A stretch of 54,099 nucleotides of DNA, taken from a virus. Its lineage: Duplodnaviria; Caudoviricetes. How positions within the stretch are numbered: position 1 is the first letter of the stretch; each line of letters opens with the position of its first letter. This document shows, one piece after another, positions 27,483-37,768 of the stretch. The stretch lies in the IMG/VR virus record IMGVR_UViG_3300005294_000001, positions 1-54,099 of that record; one strand, 5' to 3'. A program made the position numbers and the translations under genes. The notes below the pieces were generated by a model, which had not been told where the DNA came from, did not search any database, and saw only the letters and a list, made by a program, of their open reading frames with translations.

Positions 27483-28748
27483 ATGCCGCCGATTATTCAA
27501 ATTCCGACTCAGCAAGAATTGCTCAATATAAGGAATAGCCCGACGAATCTGTTGGCTATGTATCAAGCGGCACAGCAGCCTAGGTTGCCAATGGGCATAC
27601 CAACGACTCCCGGCGTAGCGGCTACAACCCCAGGCGCGGCGGTTAGCTCATTACCTGGATATACGTCTGCCACGCCAACGGCACTCCCGAGACAAATCAC
27701 ACCGACACTAGTTCCGCAACCTACACCGATTGATTTACCGTCTGTCCCTCAGAACGATCCTCAGTGGATTTCAGCCATGACGGAGATGGTGAATCAGTTG
27801 AACATGCAGGCTCAGGGTGCGGCTAATGCGGCAAGGATACCGGGAGCAATGGGGCTGGAATCTCAAAGCTCTGGGAACATAAGCAATGCGTTATCCGGTC
27901 AGTTGCCAGCCGATGTAATCAATCAGATCGGTCAGCGTTCAGCGGAACGTGGTGTGATGACCGGAAACCCCTACGGAGCCAGCACAAGCGCGGATTATCT
28001 CAAAGCGATTGGCCTTAACAGTCTTCAGCTAATGGGGACAGGTCAGGATTGGCTTTCTGCTGCATTGGCTCGTAATCCCGCTGCCCCTATCTTCGATCCT
28101 TCAAAGCTAATCATGACTCCCGCGCAACAAGGTGAATTTGCTTTGAACAGGGCTAACCTTGCGCTGAACCAGCAACGAGCCGGAACTGACATTTGGAACA
28201 TGAACGCCAATCGGGAGTTCGAAGCCGCATCGCAGAATGCACGAAACCAGATGGAAGTGGAAAACTCCAATGCCCAACGCAAATTGCAGTCAGATTTGGC
28301 GAATGCGAGCAACCAACTGGAGCGCGACAGGCTTGTGTGGCAATTCGAACAGAACAGGCTTCAGCGGGAACAGGCGTTGCAACTTGCTCTACTGGATCGC
28401 CAAAGGCGGCTAGGAGGTGGCGGTGGTGGCGGTAATTACGGTGGTGGAGGTGGTGGTGGTTTTCGTCCAGCAACGAATTGGGGCGGTGGCGGTGCACCAA
28501 CATCTACAGCCAGCCCTACCCCATTAACAACTCCTTGGCATTTGCCCTACAGTCTGGATCAATCAGTTCCAAATTATCCAGACACCGTGCAACCTGGAAT
28601 GGATTACGGCGGCGGATTTGACCAACCGGGGCAGAATTACAATCCAGACATGGGATTCCTTGGCGGTGGATCATTGGGTGGTGGAATCAACACCGAAGGC
28701 ATGTCCCAAGACGAACTCGATTGGCTTTACAACGTAGGAGGAGGCTAG
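27483..28748 (+). CDS. internal virion (ejection/pilot) protein candidate
   Basis: Q/A/N-rich helical core, Gly runs, LSGQLPADVINQI motif. Confidence 0.6.
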   Translation: MPPIIQIPTQQELLNIRNSPTNLLAMYQAAQQPRLPMGIPTTPGVAATTPGAAVSSLPGYTSATPTALPRQITPTLVPQPTPIDLPSVPQNDPQWISAMTEMVNQLNMQAQGAANAARIPGAMGLESQSSGNISNALSGQLPADVINQIGQRSAERGVMTGNPYGASTSADYLKAIGLNSLQLMGTGQDWLSAALARNPAAPIFDPSKLIMTPAQQGEFALNRANLALNQQRAGTDIWNMNANREFEAASQNARNQMEVENSNAQRKLQSDLANASNQLERDRLVWQFEQNRLQREQALQLALLDRQRRLGGGGGGGNYGGGGGGGFRPATNWGGGGAPTSTASPTPLTTPWHLPYSLDQSVPNYPDTVQPGMDYGGGFDQPGQNYNPDMGFLGGGSLGGGINTEGMSQDELDWLYNVGGG

Positions 28749-28752
28749 AACT

Positions 28753-29622
28753 ATGGCTATCGGCTACACAGGATCTAACGGTAACGAGACTGCGTTTGAA
28801 TACACGCCAGTTGACCCGCAAGACGACATGATGCGGCAGTTGGCGCAACAGTCTCAACAAGCCTTTTACCCTCCCCCGCCGCAGCCTCGTGGACCTACAC
28901 CGTATTGGGAGAATCCTGAAACCTATTACCCGCAACAGCAGCAGATCGACCCGATAGCGCAAGCCAAGGCTGCAACGATGGCCGCACAGAAGTTCATCGC
29001 GTTTCGAGGCTACCAGAGCGACCTCAAAGAAGGCATGGCGGCGGCTGATGCTTTTGCCAAGTGGGGACCTATGCTTGTGGCGGATACTTCTCTTGCTCCG
29101 GCAATGAAGGCGATGCAGCCACAGCCTAATTACACGTATGACCAAGCTCACAATGCTTGGACTTCACCGGGACAAAAGCCAGTATTGGGTAAACCTATAG
29201 TTGAGGCTCCACGATGGATTCCAGCCAATCCAGAAACGGGTGAACCTGCCCATTACGAAAGCGGTGGCAAAGCGCAATTCCCTCCAACCCCAAAGGCTCC
29301 ATCGGCACCGAAGCTAGATCAGATAACTATGGCTGATTACAATGACGCTCGAAAGGAGTTCACTACTGCGCTTAAGGAATACAACAAGGAAGACAATTCA
29401 GAAGAAATTAAGCTGGATGCCAGAAAGCGCATGGATGCAGCGAAAATCAGGATGAACAACATTTCCAACAGGGGACAGCAATCGGCATTATCGTCACCCG
29501 CTGCACCTGCACCGAAACAGCCAAGCGCACCGACAGCACCTGTAGTTATTCGCTTGACCAAAGATGGCAAGAAGGCAGAGTTCGACGCAGCGACCAAGAA
29601 GTTCTTGCGATATGCCGAATGA
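28753..29622 (+). CDS. internal virion protein candidate
   Basis: P/A/Q-rich; position in the ejection-protein block. Confidence 0.55.
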   Translation: MAIGYTGSNGNETAFEYTPVDPQDDMMRQLAQQSQQAFYPPPPQPRGPTPYWENPETYYPQQQQIDPIAQAKAATMAAQKFIAFRGYQSDLKEGMAAADAFAKWGPMLVADTSLAPAMKAMQPQPNYTYDQAHNAWTSPGQKPVLGKPIVEAPRWIPANPETGEPAHYESGGKAQFPPTPKAPSAPKLDQITMADYNDARKEFTTALKEYNKEDNSEEIKLDARKRMDAAKIRMNNISNRGQQSALSSPAAPAPKQPSAPTAPVVIRLTKDGKKAEFDAATKKFLRYAE

Positions 29623-32600
29623 TCCGACATGGGAGGACACGCTTGAAGTTCCAACGTGGGAAGATACTAGGCCAACGGAACAGGACTTCCGCCGTGACGA
29701 ACTAGCCAAGCAGACGTTTGAAGCGCGGATTGAGGGGGAACAGGCTAAGGCGTTGTCTGGATTGGCAGACATTGGAACTGAAGCATCAAAGGCTATCGTT
29801 CGTGCGTTTTCTCACGTTGACCCAACTGGATTTTCTCAAGGTTTGATGCAGCAATACGGCGTAGAACCTACGCATGTAATCCCGCCTGAATTTGTTAAGT
29901 CGGACGTAGAAGCAGTCTCGCAATTTGCCCGTGAAGGTCTTGGCAACCTTGGGATACCCACTGAAGCCATACTTCCAGAGCAATACCGTAAACCCGTGGA
30001 GGAGTTCGCAGCCGAGAACATAGCGGCACTGCCCGAGATGGCACCGTTGATGGCGGCTGGCGTTGCCGATCCCCGTGGCGTAGGCAGGCTATTCCAAGCC
30101 CAGATGCTTCAAGGCGTGCCAGAGTCAGCGCGGCAAGCTGTAGTGGCTGAAACGCCAGAGGAACGCATTAAGGCAGGATTAGGCGCAGCAATGGGCGTTG
30201 CTTTCCCTGCTTTAATAGAGGGTCACTTGCGCCAACCGTCTGTTCCAATACCCGACTTCGTAGGCAGACAACTCGAAATGCAGCGTGGCGCACTCCCACC
30301 CCGAGGCGAAACCGCCGCACCCATCGAGCGAGTCACCCCAGAACAAGCTGCACTCGCAGCCGAACGGATGAGCGCACCGTTTGAGGGTGAACTTCCAAAG
30401 TTTGAGGAAACCACGCCGATAGCTGTTGAGGCTCCGGTAAAGAGTCGCGCCCAATTACTAGCCGAAGAAGTTGAAGCCGCACGCGAGGCAGCAGATGCAG
30501 CATTCAAAGCAAAGCAATCGGGAGTTCAGGTTAAGCCGACAACCACGCTTCCAAAGCTAGTCGAGACTCTTGGGCGCGATGAAGTCGCAGGATTGGTAGA
30601 CCAATGGGAACAAGGCGCAGAGCTTCATCCTGATGGTAAATCCATTACCGTATACGCAGATCCACGCAATCAAACCGGCAAGATGCGCGGAAAGACGAAA
30701 GACTTTCTAAGCTGGTACGAAGAACAGAAGGCAAAACCCACCCCCACAGCCCTACCGGAAGGCGAGCAGGTTGCTCCTCCGACGACTGCCACGGAGATTA
30801 AAGCGACGGAAGGTGTTAGCGCACCTCCCGAGCAGCCAGCATTAGAGACTGTTGCGCCGAAAGGGGAAGTGAAAGGTGTCGCGCCGGAGGCTAAACCGCC
30901 TGGAGTTCTAACGTCGAAGATTTGGAAGCCTGAAATCCTGACGGCTTTAGAAGAAGCAAAGAAAGAACAATCTCAAATTGATCGCTCATACGCCCCTGAA
31001 TCCGAATTTCTTAAAGGGCGTAAAATGGTACTTCAAACTTGGCTTCAAAACAGATTGTCCATGGGAACACAGGCGGCGATTAAAGAAGTGGATAACCTTG
31101 TAAAATCAAAGCCAACCCTGATTCAAGATTTGATGGATGGCAAAACAGTCTCAGGATCTAAAGTAACCAACGCCTACATACCCAATAGCACCATGCTTAA
31201 ATTAGGGTACGAAAAAGAGGGTAGGTATTGGAAACGTCCAGAAGCCAAACCCGAACCGCAACCAATTGGTCAAGGACCCGGCGCAAGAACCGGAGTCACT
31301 GTTGAGGCACCGGAGAGTTATTCTGGGACAGCACTGAAGAATGCCGTGGCTGACATTGAGCGTGCCGGATGGGGATTACGTGAGGCACCGGAACACTTAC
31401 GCAAATCCATTCCAGAAGCGTGGATACGCGCAGGTAGAACGCTTGAGCGCGATGTTAATGCAGGTCAAAAGCTAGTGGATGAACTAGTAGCCGATCCGCA
31501 AGGCAGAGGGTTAAGCGTTGATGAATCCGCTTTGCTCCTACGCCACAAGCTAACTCTGGCTAACGAGATGAACGCGGCGGCTGAAGGCATTCACACCGCC
31601 AAGACCCCATTGGATAAGGCGAAAGCTGAAGCCTATTACGATTGGGCGCATGAGAAAATGCTTATCATGTTGGATGCCATTAAGAATCGTGGCACAGCAT
31701 GGGGGCAGGAAGGTCGTTGGCGGCAAGTCATGGCGCGAGAAGATTTCTCGTTGGCTACGCTGATTACGCATCGGGAGAAGGTGCTCGGTAAAAAACTGGA
31801 ACCAGGGAGTCCCGAATACAACGAGGTTAAGGCGCACGCTGACAAGCTTCAGGCACTCAACACCGCACTGGAAGAACGAGTAGCCAAGGTGCAGGCTGAC
31901 TTCGAAGCATCAGAAGTGCGTAGGGCAATGGCTGAAGCAGAGGCTACCAAGAACATGGAATTGCCGTATCACCCGCGCATTATCGAGCTGGCTGAAGGTT
32001 ACGCTAAGAAATGGGATGCGAAGGGTGCAAAGGCTTTGGAGAACCTCAAGGCAATGTTCGGCGAAGGTCAGGCATTTTCAGGTGCTCCCGTATCTCCCGC
32101 GATGCTTGATCAGGCTATCATCTATGGCACTTCGAAGATGGTACGCGGTGCGGTGGATCTAGCCAAGTGGACTGATACGATGGTGAAGGATTTGGGTGAA
32201 GGATTTCGCAAGCACGCCGCACAAGTGTTCAACGCTTCCAAGGCAGCTTTCGAGAAAGACGTAAACGCGGATCTAGGAAGGAAAGGGCAAGCGACGGTTC
32301 AGCGTGTCAAAAGTGCTCTCAAAGCCGAAGTTGGCACTGAAGGCATTCTTAAGAAGATCGCCCGTAAAGCGGAAGGCACACCCGAAGGCAAGCTGCCGAA
32401 CATAAACTATTACTTGCGTCAACTTGGGCGACGATACGCGGCTGAAGGAATCAAAGAGGAAGGTCCGTTCATTGACCGGATGACTGCCGATGTTAATACG
32501 GTTCTGCCTGACCTGACGCGCAATGACGTAAGGGCTATTTTCGGTGGATACGCTGAAGATGTAAGGGCGTTATCTAAAGAGCCAGTGGAATTCATCTTGC

Positions 32601-34366
32601 GCGATATGCGGGGGCAATCCCAGGAACTTCACAAGCTGGATTTGCTCAAGCAGAAGATCATGCCGCCGAAGTTGCAGGAGCGTGCTACGCCGTCCGATAT
32701 ACAGCGGCAACTACGCAAGCAGGTTGAGGCCGAGAAGCGCACGGGTGGATTTGCACCGCCAGATCCAGAAGCACAACTGCGATCCGCAATGCAATCGGCT
32801 GAGACACGGTTGACCAATCAGATAACCGACTTGCAGCGTGAGATTGATGCTGGCCAGAGAACGGTTACCCAAAAGAAGGCACCATTGCAGAGTGAAAAGC
32901 TGGATGCTTTGCGAAAGCAACGTGATGCCCTAAAAGAGACTCATGATAGAGTATTCAAGAAACCGGATCTAACTGATTCCGAACGCCTTGATATTTGGAA
33001 AGAGCATGTAAAGGAACAGATCGCAGAGTTGCAAGACAGGCGGAAGCGCGGCGATTTCCAAGTAAGGAAAAAGCTTGATACTCTGAAATACGACAACGAG
33101 GCTATTGAATTGCAGTTCCAAAAGGACGTTGAAATGAACGCTCTTAAAGAAATGCGCCATGACGATGAGATGTCCAAGAGAACAACGCCGCAAGTTGTTA
33201 AAGATTCCGCCACAATGACAGCGAGATTCATGCACATGGCTTTAGCTGGTGGTGAGTTCTCAGCCGTATTCAAGCAGGGTGCAACCGGCACATTCGGTAG
33301 ACCGATAATGACGGCAAGGAACTTCGTCAAGTCGCTCAAACCGTTCTGGAGTGAGGAAGCTCATTTCAGGGTAAAGCACGACATTCTTACCCGTGATAAT
33401 GCGCCCGACTATAGGGGGAGATTGGAGTTCACAGACATAAATGGGCGACTCAGTAACATGGAAGAAGTTTACATGTTTAAGATGGCCAAGTGGATGAAGG
33501 GTATTCCAGGACTAAGCCACTACGTCAAATACATGGACATGTTCCAACGGTCTTTCACTTCATTTCTTAATCTCATGCGTGCCGATACGTTCGATGCGAT
33601 GAAGCGGGAATACGGTAGCGCACCAGAAACGATGGATGCCATTGCGAACTATATCAACGTGGCTACCGGCAGAGGGTCAAAGTCTACAGCAAGATTTGGA
33701 GGTGGAATGGCTAATGCTGTGTTCTTTGCGCCCCGATGGTCAATAAGCCGGTTTCAATATTTGCTAGGCCAACCGATTATCGCAGCAGGTAAGGGCAATC
33801 GTCAGATGATAGTGAACCAGTATGCGAGAACTCTAGTTGGCTTAGGTTCCGTTTACGCTTTTGGATTGGCCGCTGGCGGAACAGTGGAATGGAAAGACCC
33901 TCGTTCTAGTTTATGGGGAAAGATTCAACTTGGCGGAAGGGTGATTGATCCGCTATTCGGTCTTGCGCCTGTGATGCGTATTATGGCGCAGCTCATTACC
34001 GGAACAAGAAAGAACTCCAAAGGCCAGATTCGACCAGTGCGAGAGAGTTTTAGATTGCCAGTACAAGGCTCACAGAAACCCGGTCCGTTTGATCCGTCAG
34101 GCGCAGAATTAATCGGTAGATTCGCATGGAGCAAACTCGCTCCCGCACCTGAAACATTCGTTGCTGCTACAAGCGGAGAGAATGTCATAGGTGAGAAATT
34201 TCAGATAGGCAAGAGACTCGCCGCATCCGTCACCCCGATTACCTATAAGGACATCATTGTAGCCTTGAAAGAACAAGGATTAGAACCCGCGACCGCGATT
34301 GACCTAATGGCGATTTGGGGACTTGGCTCTTACATTCCAGACAAACCCAAACAACCCAACTGGTAA
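29612..34366 (+). CDS. Large internal virion / DNA ejection protein (about 1584 aa)
   Basis: Very large alpha-helical protein ending the structural block; start MPNDPTWEDTLEVPTWEDT at 29612. Confidence 0.7.
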   Translation: MPNDPTWEDTLEVPTWEDTRPTEQDFRRDELAKQTFEARIEGEQAKALSGLADIGTEASKAIVRAFSHVDPTGFSQGLMQQYGVEPTHVIPPEFVKSDVEAVSQFAREGLGNLGIPTEAILPEQYRKPVEEFAAENIAALPEMAPLMAAGVADPRGVGRLFQAQMLQGVPESARQAVVAETPEERIKAGLGAAMGVAFPALIEGHLRQPSVPIPDFVGRQLEMQRGALPPRGETAAPIERVTPEQAALAAERMSAPFEGELPKFEETTPIAVEAPVKSRAQLLAEEVEAAREAADAAFKAKQSGVQVKPTTTLPKLVETLGRDEVAGLVDQWEQGAELHPDGKSITVYADPRNQTGKMRGKTKDFLSWYEEQKAKPTPTALPEGEQVAPPTTATEIKATEGVSAPPEQPALETVAPKGEVKGVAPEAKPPGVLTSKIWKPEILTALEEAKKEQSQIDRSYAPESEFLKGRKMVLQTWLQNRLSMGTQAAIKEVDNLVKSKPTLIQDLMDGKTVSGSKVTNAYIPNSTMLKLGYEKEGRYWKRPEAKPEPQPIGQGPGARTGVTVEAPESYSGTALKNAVADIERAGWGLREAPEHLRKSIPEAWIRAGRTLERDVNAGQKLVDELVADPQGRGLSVDESALLLRHKLTLANEMNAAAEGIHTAKTPLDKAKAEAYYDWAHEKMLIMLDAIKNRGTAWGQEGRWRQVMAREDFSLATLITHREKVLGKKLEPGSPEYNEVKAHADKLQALNTALEERVAKVQADFEASEVRRAMAEAEATKNMELPYHPRIIELAEGYAKKWDAKGAKALENLKAMFGEGQAFSGAPVSPAMLDQAIIYGTSKMVRGAVDLAKWTDTMVKDLGEGFRKHAAQVFNASKAAFEKDVNADLGRKGQATVQRVKSALKAEVGTEGILKKIARKAEGTPEGKLPNINYYLRQLGRRYAAEGIKEEGPFIDRMTADVNTVLPDLTRNDVRAIFGGYAEDVRALSKEPVEFILRDMRGQSQELHKLDLLKQKIMPPKLQERATPSDIQRQLRKQVEAEKRTGGFAPPDPEAQLRSAMQSAETRLTNQITDLQREIDAGQRTVTQKKAPLQSEKLDALRKQRDALKETHDRVFKKPDLTDSERLDIWKEHVKEQIAELQDRRKRGDFQVRKKLDTLKYDNEAIELQFQKDVEMNALKEMRHDDEMSKRTTPQVVKDSATMTARFMHMALAGGEFSAVFKQGATGTFGRPIMTARNFVKSLKPFWSEEAHFRVKHDILTRDNAPDYRGRLEFTDINGRLSNMEEVYMFKMAKWMKGIPGLSHYVKYMDMFQRSFTSFLNLMRADTFDAMKREYGSAPETMDAIANYINVATGRGSKSTARFGGGMANAVFFAPRWSISRFQYLLGQPIIAAGKGNRQMIVNQYARTLVGLGSVYAFGLAAGGTVEWKDPRSSLWGKIQLGGRVIDPLFGLAPVMRIMAQLITGTRKNSKGQIRPVRESFRLPVQGSQKPGPFDPSGAELIGRFAWSKLAPAPETFVAATSGENVIGEKFQIGKRLAASVTPITYKDIIVALKEQGLEPATAIDLMAIWGLGSYIPDKPKQPNW

Positions 34367-34367
34367 T

Positions 34368-34517
34368 ATGCCGTTACTCAAGGGCAAGTCGAAGCGTGTC
34401 ATAAGTGAAAATATCCGCCGTGAAATGCACGCGGGAAAGAAACAGTCTCAGGCAATCGCAATCGCCATGTCCAAGGCAGGCAGGACCAAAGACCCGAGGA
34501 AGCGGAAGTTTTATTAA
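34368..34517 (+). CDS. small basic phage protein
   Basis: MPLLKGKSKRVISENIRREMHAGKKQSQAIAIAMSKAG, a motif I recall as widespread in phages. Confidence 0.75.
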   Translation: MPLLKGKSKRVISENIRREMHAGKKQSQAIAIAMSKAGRTKDPRKRKFY

Positions 34518-34538
34518 GCATATTTCTGCTATTTTCTG

Positions 34539-34567
34539 TTGACAGCCTATTTGGTGTGTGGTTTACT
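34539..34567 (+). promoter_or_regulatory. sigma70-type promoter of the recombination/replication operon
   Basis: TTGACA (34539-44), 17 bp spacer, TTTACT (34562-67) with an extended TG. Confidence 0.65.
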
Positions 34568-34573
34568 GCCCAC

Positions 34574-34747
34574 ATGCCAAAGAAAAGTTCATCGAAATTT
34601 AAGACGGTAAATATTCGCACAGAGATTCACAAAAACATCAAAGACTATTGCACTAAGAAGGGTTACAAGGTGCAGTACTTCATTGAGCATTCCGCAAGCA
34701 AGATTATCGCGTTGGAGAACATTGGAGCGGTAAGCCTTCGGGATTAA
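34574..34747 (+). CDS. ribbon-helix-helix-like regulator
   Basis: KTVNIRTEIHKNIKDYCTKKGYKVQYFIE. Confidence 0.65.
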   Translation: MPKKSSSKFKTVNIRTEIHKNIKDYCTKKGYKVQYFIEHSASKIIALENIGAVSLRD

Positions 34748-34842
34748 CAACTTTTATGGCGAGTCGCTTCAAACCCTCATCCACTGAGGTCAAATTCCCT
34801 CTGCTGACATAACGACTCGCCATTTTAAACTTAAACCACCAA

Positions 34843-35904
34843 ATGAGTTTTACAATACATCAGGCGACACGTGAAAGCGTTAAAGCATTAGTGGGTTTCT
34901 ACGCGAAATCCGGCGCAGGTAAGACACATTCCGCGTTACTCATGATGCGCGGATTGGTTGGGCCTAAAGGGAAAATTGGAGTTGTGGACACCGAGAACCG
35001 TAGGAGTAGCATTTTCGCTGACGTGATTCCTGGTGGGTTCTCAATCGTTGATCTGGACCCTCCATTTACGGCTGAACGCTATTGGGAGGCGTTGGATGTT
35101 ATAGAGAAAAACTGCGACGGTATTGTTGTGGATTCATTCTCGCACGTTTGGGCAGGAGAGGGCGGCTTGCTTGACCAGCACGAAGCCGAACTAGAACGTA
35201 TGGCTGGCAGTGATTGGAAGAAGCGTGAAGCCTGCAAGATGACTGCTTGGATTCGGCCAAAGCAGGCGCACAAGCGTCTAGTTGAGCGCATCCTACGATT
35301 GCCCAAGCCGCTTATAGTGTGCATGAGAGGTGAGGAAAAAACGCACATCGAAAAGGCGAACGGTAAAACTGAAGTTTGGACTGACAAGTATTGTTCCCCA
35401 ATCGGTGACCCGCGGTTCATCTTCGAACTCTTGATCCACGCCGAGTGCATCGCAAAGGAAAACGATCAAGGCCACATGGTAGGGGGCTACTTGAGACTCA
35501 CAAAGGTTAGCCGAACGGAAATCATACCACTACTCCCTGGACCTGATGAGCAGGTAGGGATTAAGCATGGTGAGGCTTTGGCGCAATGGTGCGCCGGAAC
35601 GCCTGCGAAGTCTGTAACTCCAAAGGTTACATCATCAATGTTGCAATTTGATGAAGGGGTAAACAACCCGCCAGAAGTTGTGAAAGAGCAATTGAAGAAA
35701 ATGTATGCCTCCGGAGAAATTGCCACTCTTAAACGCAAGCTTTGGGATCTGACAGCAAACAACCACTTCGGGTCAAAGGCCAAGCTTAACCAATTTCTTC
35801 ACGATGAACTTTTCATTCAAGACGATGAAGGATTGGAAACGCTAACCGAACAGCGACTAATTCAAGTCATCGAAGCAATCAACCACAAATTGGAGTCGAA
35901 ATGA
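34843..35904 (+). CDS. AAA-family (Sak4-like) ATPase / ssDNA-annealing recombinase
   Basis: Walker A AKSGAGKT, IGVVDTE, IVVDSFSHVWAGEGGLL. Confidence 0.85.
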   Translation: MSFTIHQATRESVKALVGFYAKSGAGKTHSALLMMRGLVGPKGKIGVVDTENRRSSIFADVIPGGFSIVDLDPPFTAERYWEALDVIEKNCDGIVVDSFSHVWAGEGGLLDQHEAELERMAGSDWKKREACKMTAWIRPKQAHKRLVERILRLPKPLIVCMRGEEKTHIEKANGKTEVWTDKYCSPIGDPRFIFELLIHAECIAKENDQGHMVGGYLRLTKVSRTEIIPLLPGPDEQVGIKHGEALAQWCAGTPAKSVTPKVTSSMLQFDEGVNNPPEVVKEQLKKMYASGEIATLKRKLWDLTANNHFGSKAKLNQFLHDELFIQDDEGLETLTEQRLIQVIEAINHKLESK

Positions 35905-36125
35905 TTCGTATCGCTATCGTGACATGTGATTACGGAGCCGCCGCAAATATTGGTGGACCTGTCGTGAACACACTAAAGACATTCGATCTGGAAGCTCCAG
36001 AAGTTGAGAAGTTCTTGCTTGAATACGAGATGGCCAAGTCAACGGATAAAAAAGAATCTAAACTTTGGTGGAATCGATCTGTTGCTGGAGTAGAAATAAT
36101 CAACCACAAACTAACCACCAAATGA
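35901..36125 (+). CDS. hypothetical protein
   Basis: ATGA-coupled on both sides. Confidence 0.7.
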   Translation: MIRIAIVTCDYGAAANIGGPVVNTLKTFDLEAPEVEKFLLEYEMAKSTDKKESKLWWNRSVAGVEIINHKLTTK

Positions 36126-36526
36126 ACGATAAAGAATTAAGAGAGTTAAACGCTTGGATTGCTGAACATGTGATGGGATGGACAAAATGGACATTCAGTA
36201 ATGGCTTCACGAAGCACAACTATCTAAATGCATACCCAAAAGAGAGGGCTAACAAATTTCGCACTCCGGGTTGGATTGATGGTATTCCAACCATAGATAA
36301 TTGGCATAAATACACCACCGATCCATCAGCCGCCATGGACGTGCTCAAGAAGTGCGCGGAGAAACAGGGAGATGATATCGTAATTACTTTCCAAGATGGA
36401 ACTTGGACCGTGGCTTGGGTGGATTGGAATGCAGAAGAAAGAGCAGATCGGGTAAAGGCACCAACTCTTGAATTAGCGATATGCCTCTATGCCAAGAATG
36501 AATTCAGTAAACCGATCACCAAATGA
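36122..36526 (+). CDS. Phage ABA-sandwich-like domain protein
   Basis: ELNAWIAEHVMGW...YTTDPSAAMDVLKK...APTLELAICLYA. Confidence 0.75.
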   Translation: MNDKELRELNAWIAEHVMGWTKWTFSNGFTKHNYLNAYPKERANKFRTPGWIDGIPTIDNWHKYTTDPSAAMDVLKKCAEKQGDDIVITFQDGTWTVAWVDWNAEERADRVKAPTLELAICLYAKNEFSKPITK

Positions 36527-37521
36527 ACACGCTAATCGGAGAGCTAAAGAACGTGCTGACGGGTGGAACCGTCATCGGTCCAATTGGACATCCATCGCAA
36601 TATCGCGACCAAGATTCAAAGCGTGGAGATCCTGACCGCGTAATGGGTCGTGGCGACCTTATGGAATTCTCCCGCTGTCCCGAGCGGTGGGTGAAAGGCT
36701 ACGAGTCCGAAGAAACCAAGGCAACGGAATGGGGGGATTTGGTTGATGTCTTGTTTCTGACGCCTGACCAGTTCAAGAGCCGGTATGCCGTACAGCCAGC
36801 GACTTATCTAACTGACGGAATGGAATGCCCTATATGCAAATCCATAACCACCTCTATAAGCTGCAAAAAGTGTAAGACTCAGCGCGTGCCAATTCGTATC
36901 GAAAAGGATTGGAACTCGAATGCCGATGAATGCTCCAATTGGGAATCCGGTCAGGTCGGCAAGACCATCGTGAAGCACAAGCTCTTTGGACCTGCCTGTG
37001 ACGCTGTGAGGGTGCTTAATGAGTATCCTGGGCTGAAAGAGCTAAAGGAAGGCTCTGAATGCCAAGTAATGGCTACAGCGAGCTACCAGGATGAAGAAAC
37101 GGGGATTGTGGTGCCTCTCAAGATCCTGATTGACCTGTTGCCTGACAAGACTAGCCCGTGGGGGAAGTGGATCATTGACTTAAAGACCACTGACTCTGCG
37201 GCAATGCGACCTTGGCGTTCCAAGGTTTTCAAGTTTAACTACGATGCCCAAGCAGCCTTCTACCTTGACGTATGGGAAGCCGCTACAGGCGAGGACCGGC
37301 AGGACTTCAAGCACATCGTCCAAGAGTCCTACAGCCCCTATCAGACTCAATTACGCCTCGTTTCCGCCGAGTTCCTAGAGATCGGGCGCATGAAATATCA
37401 GAAGGCGTTGGAATTCTACTGCGCGTGCCTATCGTCTGGTGTTTGGCCTGGATACGACTGCGAATGCCGAACAATCGACGGTTGGCAGCTAACCGAACCT
37501 GAACCTTGGATGGTGCAATGA
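36523..37521 (+). CDS. RecE/exonuclease VIII-like PD-(D/E)XK nuclease with Zn-finger insertion
   Basis: LKILIDLLP...IIDLKTT, YDAQAAFYLD, WPGY; inserted CPIC...CKKC. Confidence 0.85.
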   Translation: MNTLIGELKNVLTGGTVIGPIGHPSQYRDQDSKRGDPDRVMGRGDLMEFSRCPERWVKGYESEETKATEWGDLVDVLFLTPDQFKSRYAVQPATYLTDGMECPICKSITTSISCKKCKTQRVPIRIEKDWNSNADECSNWESGQVGKTIVKHKLFGPACDAVRVLNEYPGLKELKEGSECQVMATASYQDEETGIVVPLKILIDLLPDKTSPWGKWIIDLKTTDSAAMRPWRSKVFKFNYDAQAAFYLDVWEAATGEDRQDFKHIVQESYSPYQTQLRLVSAEFLEIGRMKYQKALEFYCACLSSGVWPGYDCECRTIDGWQLTEPEPWMVQ

Positions 37522-37718
37522 ATAAACGATGGTTAATCTGGAGCCTTGAGCACGATGCTTGGTGGAATCCAAACTCGATGGGTTACACACAGGAACGATC
37601 AAAGGCTGGACGATACGATTTAAACGAGGCTTTAGTGATTGTTCACAACGCAAACTTTCGATGTGGAAATAAGCCAAATGAAGCCTTAGTTCCCCTTGAC
37701 CCCGTGACCGATTTGTGA
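37518..37718 (+). CDS. hypothetical phage protein
   Basis: WLIWSLEHDAWWNPNSMGYT....AGRY...EA. Confidence 0.7.
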   Translation: MNKRWLIWSLEHDAWWNPNSMGYTQERSKAGRYDLNEALVIVHNANFRCGNKPNEALVPLDPVTDL

Positions 37719-37728
37719 GGTAATTGGC

Positions 37729-37757
37729 TTGCCGTGTAAACAGTAATTGTTTACAAT
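37729..37757 (+). promoter_or_regulatory. rep promoter with overlapping inverted-repeat operator
   Basis: TTGCCG (37729-34), 17 bp spacer, TACAAT (37752-57); TGTAAACA-N5-TGTTTACA at 37735-37755. Confidence 0.7.
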
Positions 37758-37768
37758 ATTCAGAAGTT

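Noticed and set aside
28410-28495. GGTGGC/GGTGGT tandem repeats
   Set aside because: They simply encode poly-Gly linkers in an internal virion protein.
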